Shown here piece by piece: positions 25,901 through 38,100 of a stretch of 64,000 nucleotides of DNA (position 1 is the stretch's first letter; each line of letters opens with the position of its first letter). Source of the stretch: Tubulanus polymorphus (taxonomy: Eukaryota; Animalia; Nemertea). The stretch lies in NCBI RefSeq assembly GCF_964204645.1, contig NC_134028.1:24052345-24116344 (forward strand), read 5' to 3'. Made by a program: the position numbers and the translations under genes. The notes under the pieces were generated by a model. It was not told the DNA's origin, searched no databases, and saw only the letters and a list, made by a program, of their open reading frames with translations.

Positions 25901-28900
25901 GATAGATCATCGTCAGCAGGGAGTTCAAAATGGTGTCTTTTGATTTTCAAATTTCTTATATAGTGGGTCTTAAACTTCAGAATAAATATTTCAAAGAAGA
26001 CTTTGCATCGTTATAACGTGACTGAACTAATTGCCTAGGTACTGTCCGTCATTAGGATGTGCCGGGGAACAAGGGCAATTACAGTCCAATTAAGACGCAG
26101 AATCTTTCGAAAGACACATGGGAGTCCACTTTCAACATGTCGCTACCACAATGAACCGAAGAACTCCAATTACGAATGTTAATGACAACAGCAAATGGAA
26201 ACCTTGGGATGTCTTGATTACGCTTGGGTCATTGAGAAGTGAAATGCACTTCGAAGAATATCGTCATATTCAACCAACGTTCGAACTTCATGATCCGCTT
26301 TCCCGATGAGACACACACACGAGATATTAAGCATTCCCCCTATTACATGAGAGCTATAGATAAAATTGGACGATCCATTAGACTGTGATCATAAACTTCT
26401 GATCAAACAACAATAAGCATTAGTATTCCCGCAAGTCGAGCTTCTGAGTGCATACGCATTTATTTTCCCATTTTCTCGCTCCTGGTTTTCGTTTCTTTTT
26501 CGGCTCGACGTGATGCGACTTTTGACTATCGTCGAGACGCGACTCATCGCACAGATTTTCCAACAATGTATTCCCTCCGCTACGTTTGCAGTTCACTTTG
26601 AAAAAAAAACAAAACGCTACAACGTCTTTTAAGAAAACAAGCCCTTATACGTCATCGAAAATTAGTAAAATTGTGCTCTTTGTTTAGGACAGTACCTCAG
26701 GGTACGATAGCTGCCCTGCTCTTATGCCATACGACTAATTTCATTTCATAAGCCGTCATTTACCCGGGTTGATGTAATGCGAATTGCGACCTACGCGAAC
26801 GGTGGATTATGACCTACACAAAAAATACCAGTAAGACCACTACTAGTAACTGACGGACATAAAGCCGTACATACCAAGCATCATTATCTACCTGGTTGCT
26901 AGCGAAAAATACTGATATAAATGAGATCAAACATTCTACGAGGTGATTTCGTATCGTTTAATCTCCGGTGTTGATGAAATCGAGAGCTCCAGATTTTGCC
27001 TACGATATCGTTGCTCATCGACGAGCAATTTTCTTAATGAGAAACGCAGTTAATTGCGTGGCTAATTCCCGAGTAACGCGAGAACGAAGCAATCAGCGAA
27101 GACATTTAGAAAATAGAGCATTTCACTTCCCCGTGTCACGCCTGCATTTTTCATATTGTCGTTTTAGAAATTTAAAAAAAAAAGTGAAATTGGATTCAAT
27201 CTGCCCATCATGAAAAATATTTCCTCGAGTTTGGAGTTTATTCGACGTTTTGACTGTAAACTGTCTTATAGCGATCGTCTGGAATAGAGAATGTCTTTCT
27301 TCTTTTCAAATTTACAAAATTTCATCGGATGAATCTGGTTTATTTTTTTTTGGGAAAATGAAAAGGGTTCAATTATCGAATGATTTATTCAGATACCAAA
27401 TATTCATATTCAAGATCTGCCCTTTTCAATATGGAAAGTTTCACGGTGAAAAAATACATCGTCTGATGTTTCTGAAAACTATTTCTAGCATCGGCGATCG
27501 ATTTGTTAAAAGTATTTTCCTGTCGCAAATCGGACATGACACGAATCATAAAAACAAAATCGAAATTCGATTTCGATAGAAGTAAAGGACACACGTGGGA
27601 ACTTTTTTTACTTTTTATCAGCAGAGTATAAAAAGATCAGTAGAACTTCGAAGATAAATCAGGGTATCCAGGTATCCAAAGAAAGTATTACTAGATCATG
27701 ACTACGAGACTGTTTGAACCTAAGATATTTGATAAGCAGAAAGCTTCTGATTTCTTGTTACAAGTTTTTAACTTTTAACTGAAAATGAGCAGTAAGCAGG
27801 GATCCATTTTGGCAGCATCTCGATATCCGGCGGATACTAAATTTTTTGTTAGGATACTCAAACTTGAAATGAAAATATATTAACAATTTCCGATTTCACC
27901 GGAAGAAGATGTTTAACTTTAATTCCCGCCAGTTTTTTCTTGATTAGAAACTTAAATCTAAGTCGAACCGGGATACCAATACACTTCGACATGGTGGGAT
28001 ACTTACAAAAGCAGATCTCGTATGCCGAGAAGATACTGCCTAGAATTGTATAAATCGAGTCTCGTTGACGACAGAAAACTGACCGACCAGTTAAACTAAT
28101 ATCGAGAAAGCTCAGGTGGTTTTTAAGGTTTCGTTCGTATTATTCATTATGCCGTATGTGCTTCAGACAGTCATAAGTCAACATGAAGAGAGGGAGAAGC
28201 CTTTTAGCGGAGATCAGCCATCAAACCGTGTGACATTTTCCGGCGTTCATGTCGGACATACAATACTAATCACGACGACATCGCCAAAACAAGAATCTTC
28301 CATTTGTTATTAGTTTGACATCGTTGTTGTTGTTGTAACGATGGCCGAGTTCGTGTCTCGCATGAGATAAAGAAAAACGCGTCCTACTCAATGATGATGA
28401 TGATGATGTTTGGTTATGTTTGGTTCGGTCATCGTTTCCCATCAGATACGCTATATTTGCTTAAATATATCGTGTATTCCTCGGGCAATAGGCCGTTATA
28501 ACGCGTATGATGGATACAATATATTACCAGGGATTGGCAACATTCGAAAAAATAGAAAATGCGTTAAAAATTACATCCCGATCGACGAGTACGAAAATAA
28601 CCTTTGGAAAATTTAACATATTCAACCAATCGAACTAGTTTTATTATTTCACTGCGGATGTACCGAAATAATCAACAAAAACAGAAACATTAACCTAATA
28701 TTTGTTTAGTTTACAAAAATACAATTCGGACTATGGTCCCGCGTGGACTGTTATTGCGAGGGCGCAGATGGGTTAAATTCATGGCGAACATCGAACAATC
28801 CGATTAACGCATATGACCGTTAAGAGGGACTCCATAACGTTATGAAGAGTGATTTTATGCGCTGGCCGCATGTGTGTTAGCGCACGGATTAACCATCGAA

Positions 28901-29119
28901 TCACCAGATATAACTTATGCGAGATCACGCTGACCGAACACCCAATTCTACGGAATGATCTCTCAGTCAACGGCTCGAGTGACCATTAGATTATGAGATC
29001 GGCGATACCGCGAATGCTTTTATGGCGACTGGTAGTCACTCGGAAGACCGTACGCCCATTAAACGGTATACGTCGTAAATACATGACCTAACAAACCACT
29101 CTTAAAACTGATCGTTCAA

Positions 29120-29176
<57 letters not shown>

Positions 29177-32100
29177 CCATTTCTTTACTTCCACAATTTC
29201 TTCTTCAACATCTGTCGACCAGTTTAGCCAGGTATAAACGTATCGGTCAATACCGTCAACTCTTCAGTTGAAGCTTTCGAAAACATTTTTCAGCCGCTAA
29301 AATGTGCTAAATATTTGCCAGCGACGACTACAACATCCGCGATATCCAGGATACGGAATTCGGCATCGGCGAAAATATCTAGCACAAGAAAACATAGCAC
29401 GCGGTGAGGTGACAGATGTACAGAATTTTGTTCTTTCCTGGTTGCAGATTACAGAATGGCAATAACATCAACATGATCGCTCTGTATATATGTGAGCTGC
29501 CGGAATTCCTGAACTGTCTTGCAGGAATGCGATAAGACCGGCTAAATAAGGCCGATCAACAGTAATGGCCATTACCCAACGCGAGTACCGGGAGATGCGT
29601 AGGTTTGATAGTTCGAGTTGGCAGGGCAAAAATGGCAATTTGGAACTTTATCAGGGCAACAAAAACAGCCATGTGTAAAAATCAACGCGACGGGGTCCTA
29701 CGTGGATTGGAATCAGAAATGATTCCAGTTACCAGAACTTTCTCGCTACAAATCATCTATGATATTCTTTATGTATATTTGAAATAACGGCCACAAGATC
29801 ATCCATCCATCGCGCCATTGTAGATCATGCAACACTAGACGAACTACAGGTTGCTACCATTCTGCATGACCGACACTAAACCTCACTCTATTTTCCCCTT
29901 CGACATATGACTTCCGAAAAACCTCCCCAGATATCCTTAACAGCAAATCTGTAAAACTCAAACCGCCTGTTTCGCTCCCAGCAAGTGTGGTGGGTTTTGA
30001 AAGAGATGCCGAATGAAATCAAATCTATCAAGCGAATAAATAAGAGGGACAATCCCTATTTTGTGATCGAACGACTTTCAAATCTTTAACAGATTACCCG
30101 GCCTCACACTCCTCTATTTCTACATTTACCACAGTATCAACAAACAAGAAGAGTAGAATATGTTGTTGTATCGTTTTTAGTGATGGTCGGGATCATACAC
30201 GATACAAAGTGCAGCAGCGTCCGTCCATTCATTGATTATGATTCATACAGATATTTTTCTTCCCTCGCCAAGAAATGATTCATGGGAATCTTCACAGATC
30301 GTCTTGTTTTTATAAATTTTTCGTAAGAGGTACGTATTGAGAAAGTTCCGCGGAAGGTCGTAACGGAGAAGGTAGATAAGGAGGTAGATAAGGAGGCGAG
30401 ACGGAGGTTGGTAGGGAGGGAGAACTTAATATTAGTCTTACTGAATTTCTTGAGCTCAGTATGAAACTAATGAATTGAGTCCACACGAGACAACAGTATC
30501 GAATTCATAGACATACACAATTCTCGCCTTATTTATCCACGCGAGGTTTCACCATCAAAACAGCATTCTCAATTTCCGCATCGAATCGGCCGCCGATGCC
30601 AAGATTATCCGATAAGAAGTTGGCCAGATCGAGTGATAAATTGGAAGATACGACGACTGACGGACGGACGGCCGGCCGGGAGACGGGGATATTACGATTT
30701 CATTCTCGGTAATCAATAATCTCCAGAAATGTTCCGGCAATGTCGCCACTGCTGCTGCTGTTGCTGTCTATGACTTAAACAGCCGACTAATTCATAGTTT
30801 ATCTATTGATCTGTGCCCCGTGACGTCTGACCGACGCCCACGGTCCTTTGGGCAAGATCCGATGAGCTGATGAACCTCTGGTCTCCGGTCGAGGCAATCT
30901 CTCCGCCCGAGGGTATAATCAACGACTCTGGCTATATCGTATACATCGTATTAAATCGTTATTCTATCGAGCTAATCAGCGCGATACGCGTTTTCAGATG
31001 AAATTAGCCGCTAAGACGGAAGCATAAAACGTGGACAAAATGGCGACGTTTAAGACCGAATTATTCTCTCGCTTGTCAGCAATTATTTGGAAGAATCGTC
31101 GTTGGACAAATATCGACGTCGTTCGACTGGAAAGTTCATTAACATTAGTTCGACATCGACTGAATATAGAAACCATTAATGGACAGAAACTAAGATTAGG
31201 AGAATACAAACAAGCATTTCAGAATTATGAAAGATGTCGTTACGGTACTCACGATGAATACAGTACATGATGGATAATTTCACAGAACTAGAGAGTGAAA
31301 GAGGAGTGGAAGAAGAGAGGCAGGGCAGAAGGAAGAGAGGAGAGCGAGAGAGAAAGAGAAGCAGGGCAGATGGAAGAGGGGAGAGAGGGAGAAAGAGGAG
31401 AGGCAGAGTATAAGGAAGATGATAGAGAGCGGGAGAGGGAAAAGGAGAGGCAGGTAAGGAGGGGGAAGAGTAGAGAGATATGGAGTGGTTGAATTACGGC
31501 AGATGGACCTAATAGGTTTCTAAATGTCCATATAGATTGACTGATTATTCTTGAATAGGTCTGAAAGGCGGAAACAAAGCGATAATACACGACAATCAAT
31601 TGACTATCAATACGCGAGACCATACACTGGCATTGGGTCGAACAACATCAGACCTAGGCCAGAAAATCAATATACACTCGTCTGAAAAGTAAAGAGTCTG
31701 AGTGAGCTGAAGACTCTAGAAATGTCGCTATGAATTTGACAGATCTTTATCTACAATCGCCGAATCGCCGAGACCATCCATCACGGGTCTGAAGTCTTCG
31801 CAATTACAAAATTTAGTCGCGATCAAATTTTGCGAAAACGAAAATATATCAGAGATTATGAAACCGATGAGGCATAAATCAACAACGAAATCGCTGCGAA
31901 TTACGATCAAACATTGATGTAAATAACCATTAATTCAACGACTGATTTGAATCGGGACGACAGAAAGAGAGGCCATTACTGACGACTGTTACTCATCTGA
32001 CGAGAGTTTGAAAAAAAAACAACATTAAAATACAACGATATAAATTCTGCCTGGATTATGAACAATAAAGTTTGAAACTATATCCGAACAGTCATCTTCA

Positions 32101-35100
32101 GGAATGACTACTAGTCATCTTCAGAAATGACTACTAGTCATCTCCAGGAATGACTACTAGTCATCTTCAGGAATGACTACTAGGACGTAGTAGAATAAAC
32201 ACTAAGATAACTTTTAGGATGTAGTCAAAACCATTGAACAAGCTCCTCACTCGAGGATACATTTCGGGCTTTATTTTTCATTTTTAAGTGTAGGATTAAA
32301 TGTCACAACCATGGACAGCGTTTTTCATCAATGGTTATGATTACAATGGAAAATCAGCAAGGGAGTATTTTCGCCTTACCACTGAGGTTGCCCTTTAAAT
32401 GTCAAATAGAGAGACTCTGCTAATTTGACACTCATTCTGTCGAATAATCAAATGGTTTCTAACACCGAGGGGGAACTTGTAACCTTCAGCTCGGCTGCTC
32501 GATCCAACGACTGCCTTTTCTTATTCTTTTGAAATCTTCCTTGAATAAGATGAAGCGCGACATTTGGCAAAACATGTGGGATTCCTAAATAAACCAATCG
32601 AGAACCAACGGCGTCGTAAACATCGATAGATGAAATTATAACGAACCCCGACGACTATCGACTGTAATGGATATTACACGACCGCGTGGCCCGAGTTTAT
32701 CTCAACTGATCGATTACAACGATGACGATGACACGCTGGGAGTGAGTGCAGCGATCGCGTTGACCAACAACGCGTCGATAACTTCAGTCGATAAGTGACT
32801 TACTCGTAGATATATCCATGACTCGAAGACCTGGCAAGGAAGGGTGGAGGCTTTGGAAACCCTTAGATAATTCTAGAGGATGATTCACCTCTGGACAAAA
32901 TCTATTTCAGAGGGACAGATTTCAAAAACTTAAAAAAAGCCACAAGGGCACAAACATAACATTACGGTGCTATTTAGATTAATACAGGCTGCTATGAAAT
33001 TAACTTTTGCCCCATTTTGTATTCTTGAAACAAGAAATTGCCCTTTTCGCTTAGTTAGGACTCGCTGTTCGGAAAATCCTGTCTCCGGGCGTCGATAGCA
33101 AGTTCTCGCGGCCGAAACTTCTCAATCCTGTGAGGCGATGAAAAAGCCATTTTAAAAAAAACTGCGACGTCGAATCGTGTCTCATCATCGGTAATTCGAC
33201 GTTGGAAGGAATTACTCGCTCGTAAATGAGATGTAACGAAACAGCTATAAAACTCATTAAAATGTGACAGATTTCGCAGCTCGGTCGGAAAATCGCGAAT
33301 GACTAATTTGAAACCTCGAAGCTAATATAAGACGTAGCCGAAAACAAGGAGAGATGGTCGGAAATTGACTTAATTTTTCAAAGGCCGCGGTCGATGATCG
33401 GCAACCGTCTGGGATGATAGATTCGGCAATCAGCATTGTGATCGTAATACATCGTCATATATAATCCCACAACGCTAAGAATAATAAGGTTTCCTGTAGA
33501 TATAGTTTGTTTAACGTTTCAACCATACCGGGGGCCTATTGCACAGTCGTGACTTAAGTCCAAAAGAAGCCTTAAATCTTAAGACTGGTCTTAAGCTGTT
33601 AGATTGGCTATAGAACTAAGTTGGTCTTAGACTGGTCTTAAGTCTAAGCCATGACTATGCAACTGGCCCCTGAAGATGACTATTAGGATACAGTCAAAAT
33701 GTCAAAATCAAATTTAACAAAGTGGGATTTTCTATGTTATCTTTACAACATTGACCACGTATTTCATCAACGGTTTCTAAACGACTAGCCCCGGAAAACC
33801 TTTCTGACTCGTTTTGTTTTTCATCGTTAATGTTGGATTTTATATTTTCGAGCTCGAAATGATTCTATATCCGTAGATGAGTTATTCGTTAATGCAACTC
33901 AAGCTGTCTCCGGTCACAGGCGATAAATCTCATTCAGCTGTTCAATAACACCCTGTCTTCACGGTCCAGCCGGTTGACCTGTCACATAATAGGCTCATGT
34001 ACCAGCATATATATATATATATATATATTGGAGGTTGGATGTATACGTTTATATAAAACAATAGGTAATGGCTGTAACATTGTGGTCGTAATACAAGGCG
34101 CTGCCACTTTTAGCAAATTTACATATTCCTTGATTTTTCCGTAAAGAATTCCCCGGGTAAATGTGAGGAATTTCCCGATTTAAAATGTTACGGTTAATTC
34201 ATTTTTTACGAATCACGTATTGATATTGATAAGGTCTATAGCTTTATCCGAATTCCCTGAGTTTTCCAGGTTTTTGGTAAAGTTTGTCAAATTCAACAAG
34301 TGTTTTCCGGATTTTCCAGGTCAGTAAGTGCCCTGCGAAAAACTTTTCGACTTTTCAGCCGTTAATTGTGGGACTGAATTGCTTACCCCTAATAAATTCC
34401 GTAGATCTGCTTCCCTGAATCTGAATGGTATATTCGATACGTGTAATCTCTTCGGTCCCGTGCTTTGAGTAGTGGTCGACGTCGTCGTCGTCGGCGATGT
34501 AGAAACTTCACTTTCTAAATCTGTCTGCTGCAAAAAATAAAAATTTGCGACTTAAAACAAAATATCCGGAGAATAAATCTAAATCCAAACAGCCGCGGTT
34601 TCATATTAAACAATGGAACCTGGAAGCTGTTTTTCATTAATTTGCCCGTTCCGTAAAATGATGATTTCTCCACAAAATTTGATACGATAGTAAAATCGAA
34701 CGCCATTCAAAATTATTTCGAAATTTATTTCTAGCGAGCGTTTGATAAATAAATAGGCGAAAGTCATCAAATTTTCTAAATGAATCGTTATTTTCAATTC
34801 TTCTATTTTGCTATTTCAATTTTGAATTTAATGCACACAAAAATCGATCAATGCATCAAAAATGAGTTTTTTTTCTGCTATCCCCTGTTACATATTTTTT
34901 GTGGCAAAACTAACTCAATTCTTTTCAAAAGTTCCCTTTTGCGCAGAAATCATCAACGAAACTTGTCTGAGTAATAAAGATATTTACATGCTGTTATACT
35001 AGCCGCGTTCACACTCAATTTTTCAAAAGGTTTTGTCAGTTCCGATTTAGAACAGGCCGACGAACATTAGCACTAGTAAAATTTCGATTCCATCATGGAC

Positions 35101-38100
35101 CAATTTGCGTCCATTTGAAATAGAGGAGATAGTGTGAACACTGCTAATAATGAAAGTGTTTACGAATGATTTTCGAGTTCGAACGATATAAGTGTATTAG
35201 AACGTGGTGTTAGATCTGTAAGATTTCCTTAAGACAGTGTAAGACTCTTAGAATAGAAAATATTCCGAATCAGTATCGGAAATCACGAGGGTGAACGTGC
35301 AATGTGTACAGAACCGATCGCTAGACACACGAGGGAGAAGAACAACAAAGAATCATCATCGTCATCCAGAGAAATGACGAAAATCAAATATCGATTTTAC
35401 ACGAAATCGCCGATAATCTTCGCATCGACGGAAAGCTAATGAAAATATGAATGCGAAAACCGAAAAACCCGATTAATAGAAATATTACCAGAGAATACAG
35501 CGTAGGATGTTGAACCGGAAGGGTCCGTATCGGCGCGATACTGGGTACGATACCGGGTAGCATCATCGTGTATTCCACTCCCTAGCAGCCCTCCAACTGA
35601 GAATTGTTGCTATCAGTCGCAGGGCGAGAGTTCACAACAGCTGCCGTCATCAGCGTTCATCCATTGAAAATAATTCCGATGAATTTTAAGCATGAATAAT
35701 CCATCCTTTAACTCATAAATAAAACGAAAAAAACGTGAGCTATTCCCGGGTAATACGACCTAGCTAATCTACGCGCTGATGATGTCTGCTTTTATGAAAA
35801 AGTTTAAAAGAGAATATTCGAGCGAAACGTTGGATCGTCGAAATGTTTATTTTCTTAAAAAAGAAAACACCAGATCCGAAGAAAACGCGAGAATACGAAA
35901 CGCACGAGGGAAAATGCAAGTATACTACGGGGATGTGAATATCAGTAGACATCATAGGTTTGTAACAGCTGGTCTCGATGTTTTCATTCCGTATTGCTTT
36001 GAATATATATTATAGAACCAAGCTGATGCCATCGGGACGTACAGTCAACCGGCATGAAATATTCACTACGCTCGCGCGTGCAACTATCATCAATTCTCTC
36101 GCGATTATTTATGAATTTTGATAAACGAGAATTTGCAAATATATAACGGAGATTTTGCAAATAATAAATAACGCGTTGGTATTAACCATCACAGCTTCAT
36201 AAGCCTGCCGCACACTGGCGGAATATTTAACGCATATATGGCAAGATTTCTAATCATGCACAACATTCGTCTGAATCATCCACAATCGTCTTCCGTCCGA
36301 GGACTGCGCGCTAGACGATTCTTGAAACCGAATCGCAGGACGCAAAATGGCACCATATTGGATGGCCATTTTGTGAATGGTACATGATTTTTATTTCGGC
36401 TATTTGATGGCTGTTTGTTATGTACTTCCTAGTTTTATAAAATATCTGTATGTTTATTTACAGTGTTATATTCACAAATTCAATACGTAGCTCCTAGCTT
36501 TGTTAAACCTGTAGGCCTACATACATCGACTTAATACATCTATAATAATATTCGTTTGATTCTAAACTTCATTAACGTGTTAACCAATAATATGCCCTGT
36601 ATATATTAAGATGTAATAAAGTAATTTTGCATTTGAGTTGGTTATGGGACTTGTCACTAGTCATCGCAAACTGATGGCAATTTTGCTGCTGATCTTGTCT
36701 GTGAATGTCTAGGCTAAGTTTTAGCCATTTCTTGGCTGATTAGTTGCCAGTGGCCAGGTAAAACCGGGAACAAATCGTGGGCTAATCGCGTGTGCGAATT
36801 TTAGAGTTCACTGTACTGTACAGGCTTCATGAAATATCATTAACGTGCGTAAGGCTGCTGTAGGAATGTCGATACACGCGCTGAAAACCTTCAACTTCAG
36901 ATAGTTATAACTATACATAATCAGTCTTAAACTGGTTTATAACTGAAATCCTGCAGTTGACATCTTTTCATTTCGCGCGGCGAGTAATTTTTTTTTGTTA
37001 CACGAAGAGAAATTTGATAATCGAATTAATTCTCGCTTACAGAATATCGCGCCGTTTTTGGATAATTCGATTGTTTTCGTTCCTGACAGCGATCGGTTTT
37101 TTTCGCGTCAAATAGAAAATGATATTCACAATCGAGAGAGAATGCGCGAACGTGTGCATCGGATGCGAAAATCGGAAAACAAATTTATTTCAGATTCGCC
37201 TGGAAGGGGATTGAAATTTCACGTCGAGCTTCCAGGCATATCAATTAATGGGAAAATAATCAAACAGGATATTGTCAAATGCATCTGTTCAAATTCAATT
37301 CAAAAAATCCATTTTCAATGCATAATATCTGCCCGCGAGGGCTTATCGATTGCGCAACAAAGTTTTAACGAAGACAGTCCCGACGAAGAAAGACCCCCGC
37401 CCACCAACAAACGTCCTCAATTAACAGTTTCCAAGTTAGTTCTGGACACACCCAAACCGTATCATCACAGGACTTGACGACCTGGTAATAAGTTACTTCA
37501 GCATTCGTCACAAGAGAGGGTTTGGTCAACTACTGGTGTCCAATTCACAAGAAAGCTTCATTCGTATTGTCAATAGGAATAAAGCTGGAAATCGTGATAA
37601 TTAGAATTATAGATCAAACCTTCAAATCTTATCATCGGTTTCTACAGTGGGCGTTATTTTCCGCTCATTAACAAATACCCTAAGTTTTCCATGATTTTTC
37701 TAGATTTTTCCAGGTTTTCCAGGTCCGGTCTAGAAGAATCAACAAAATCTGATCCCCCGTACGGCTGGCTAGGGAGGGATGGTCGACGTGACTGGGCGCA
37801 AATGGATGTGTAGATCTACTGCGACTCGATAATCGGCAATATCATGTGACCAGTCTTCGTCAGTAGAAGGAGACTTACAGTCGCAGAGTCGCATAGGTCA
37901 GCGGAATTGTGTCGCGAGTCGCACGCGAACTTCACCTTCCGCCATAAACCAACTATCCGATCAAGTGATAAACGATTGCGTATAATATGAAGATCTTTTC
38001 TCATTTTTGTTCGAAGAGAATTGATTAAAAAACAACCTCGACGTGATCATAGATCAAACAACCGAGCGACGTTCAATGAGAATAAAGAAGAAAATCCAAT

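Noticed and set aside
31288-31623. E/R/G-rich and S/L-rich ORFs
   Set aside because: Products of a polypurine low-complexity tract.
31708-31727. CTGAAGA-ctcta-GAAATGTC hammerhead-like string
   Set aside because: No stem II or helix I can form; not clearly part of the family.
36995-37477. 160-aa plus-strand ORF
   Set aside because: No recognisable domain, non-ATG start and no exon structure; antisense within an Rbfox intron.
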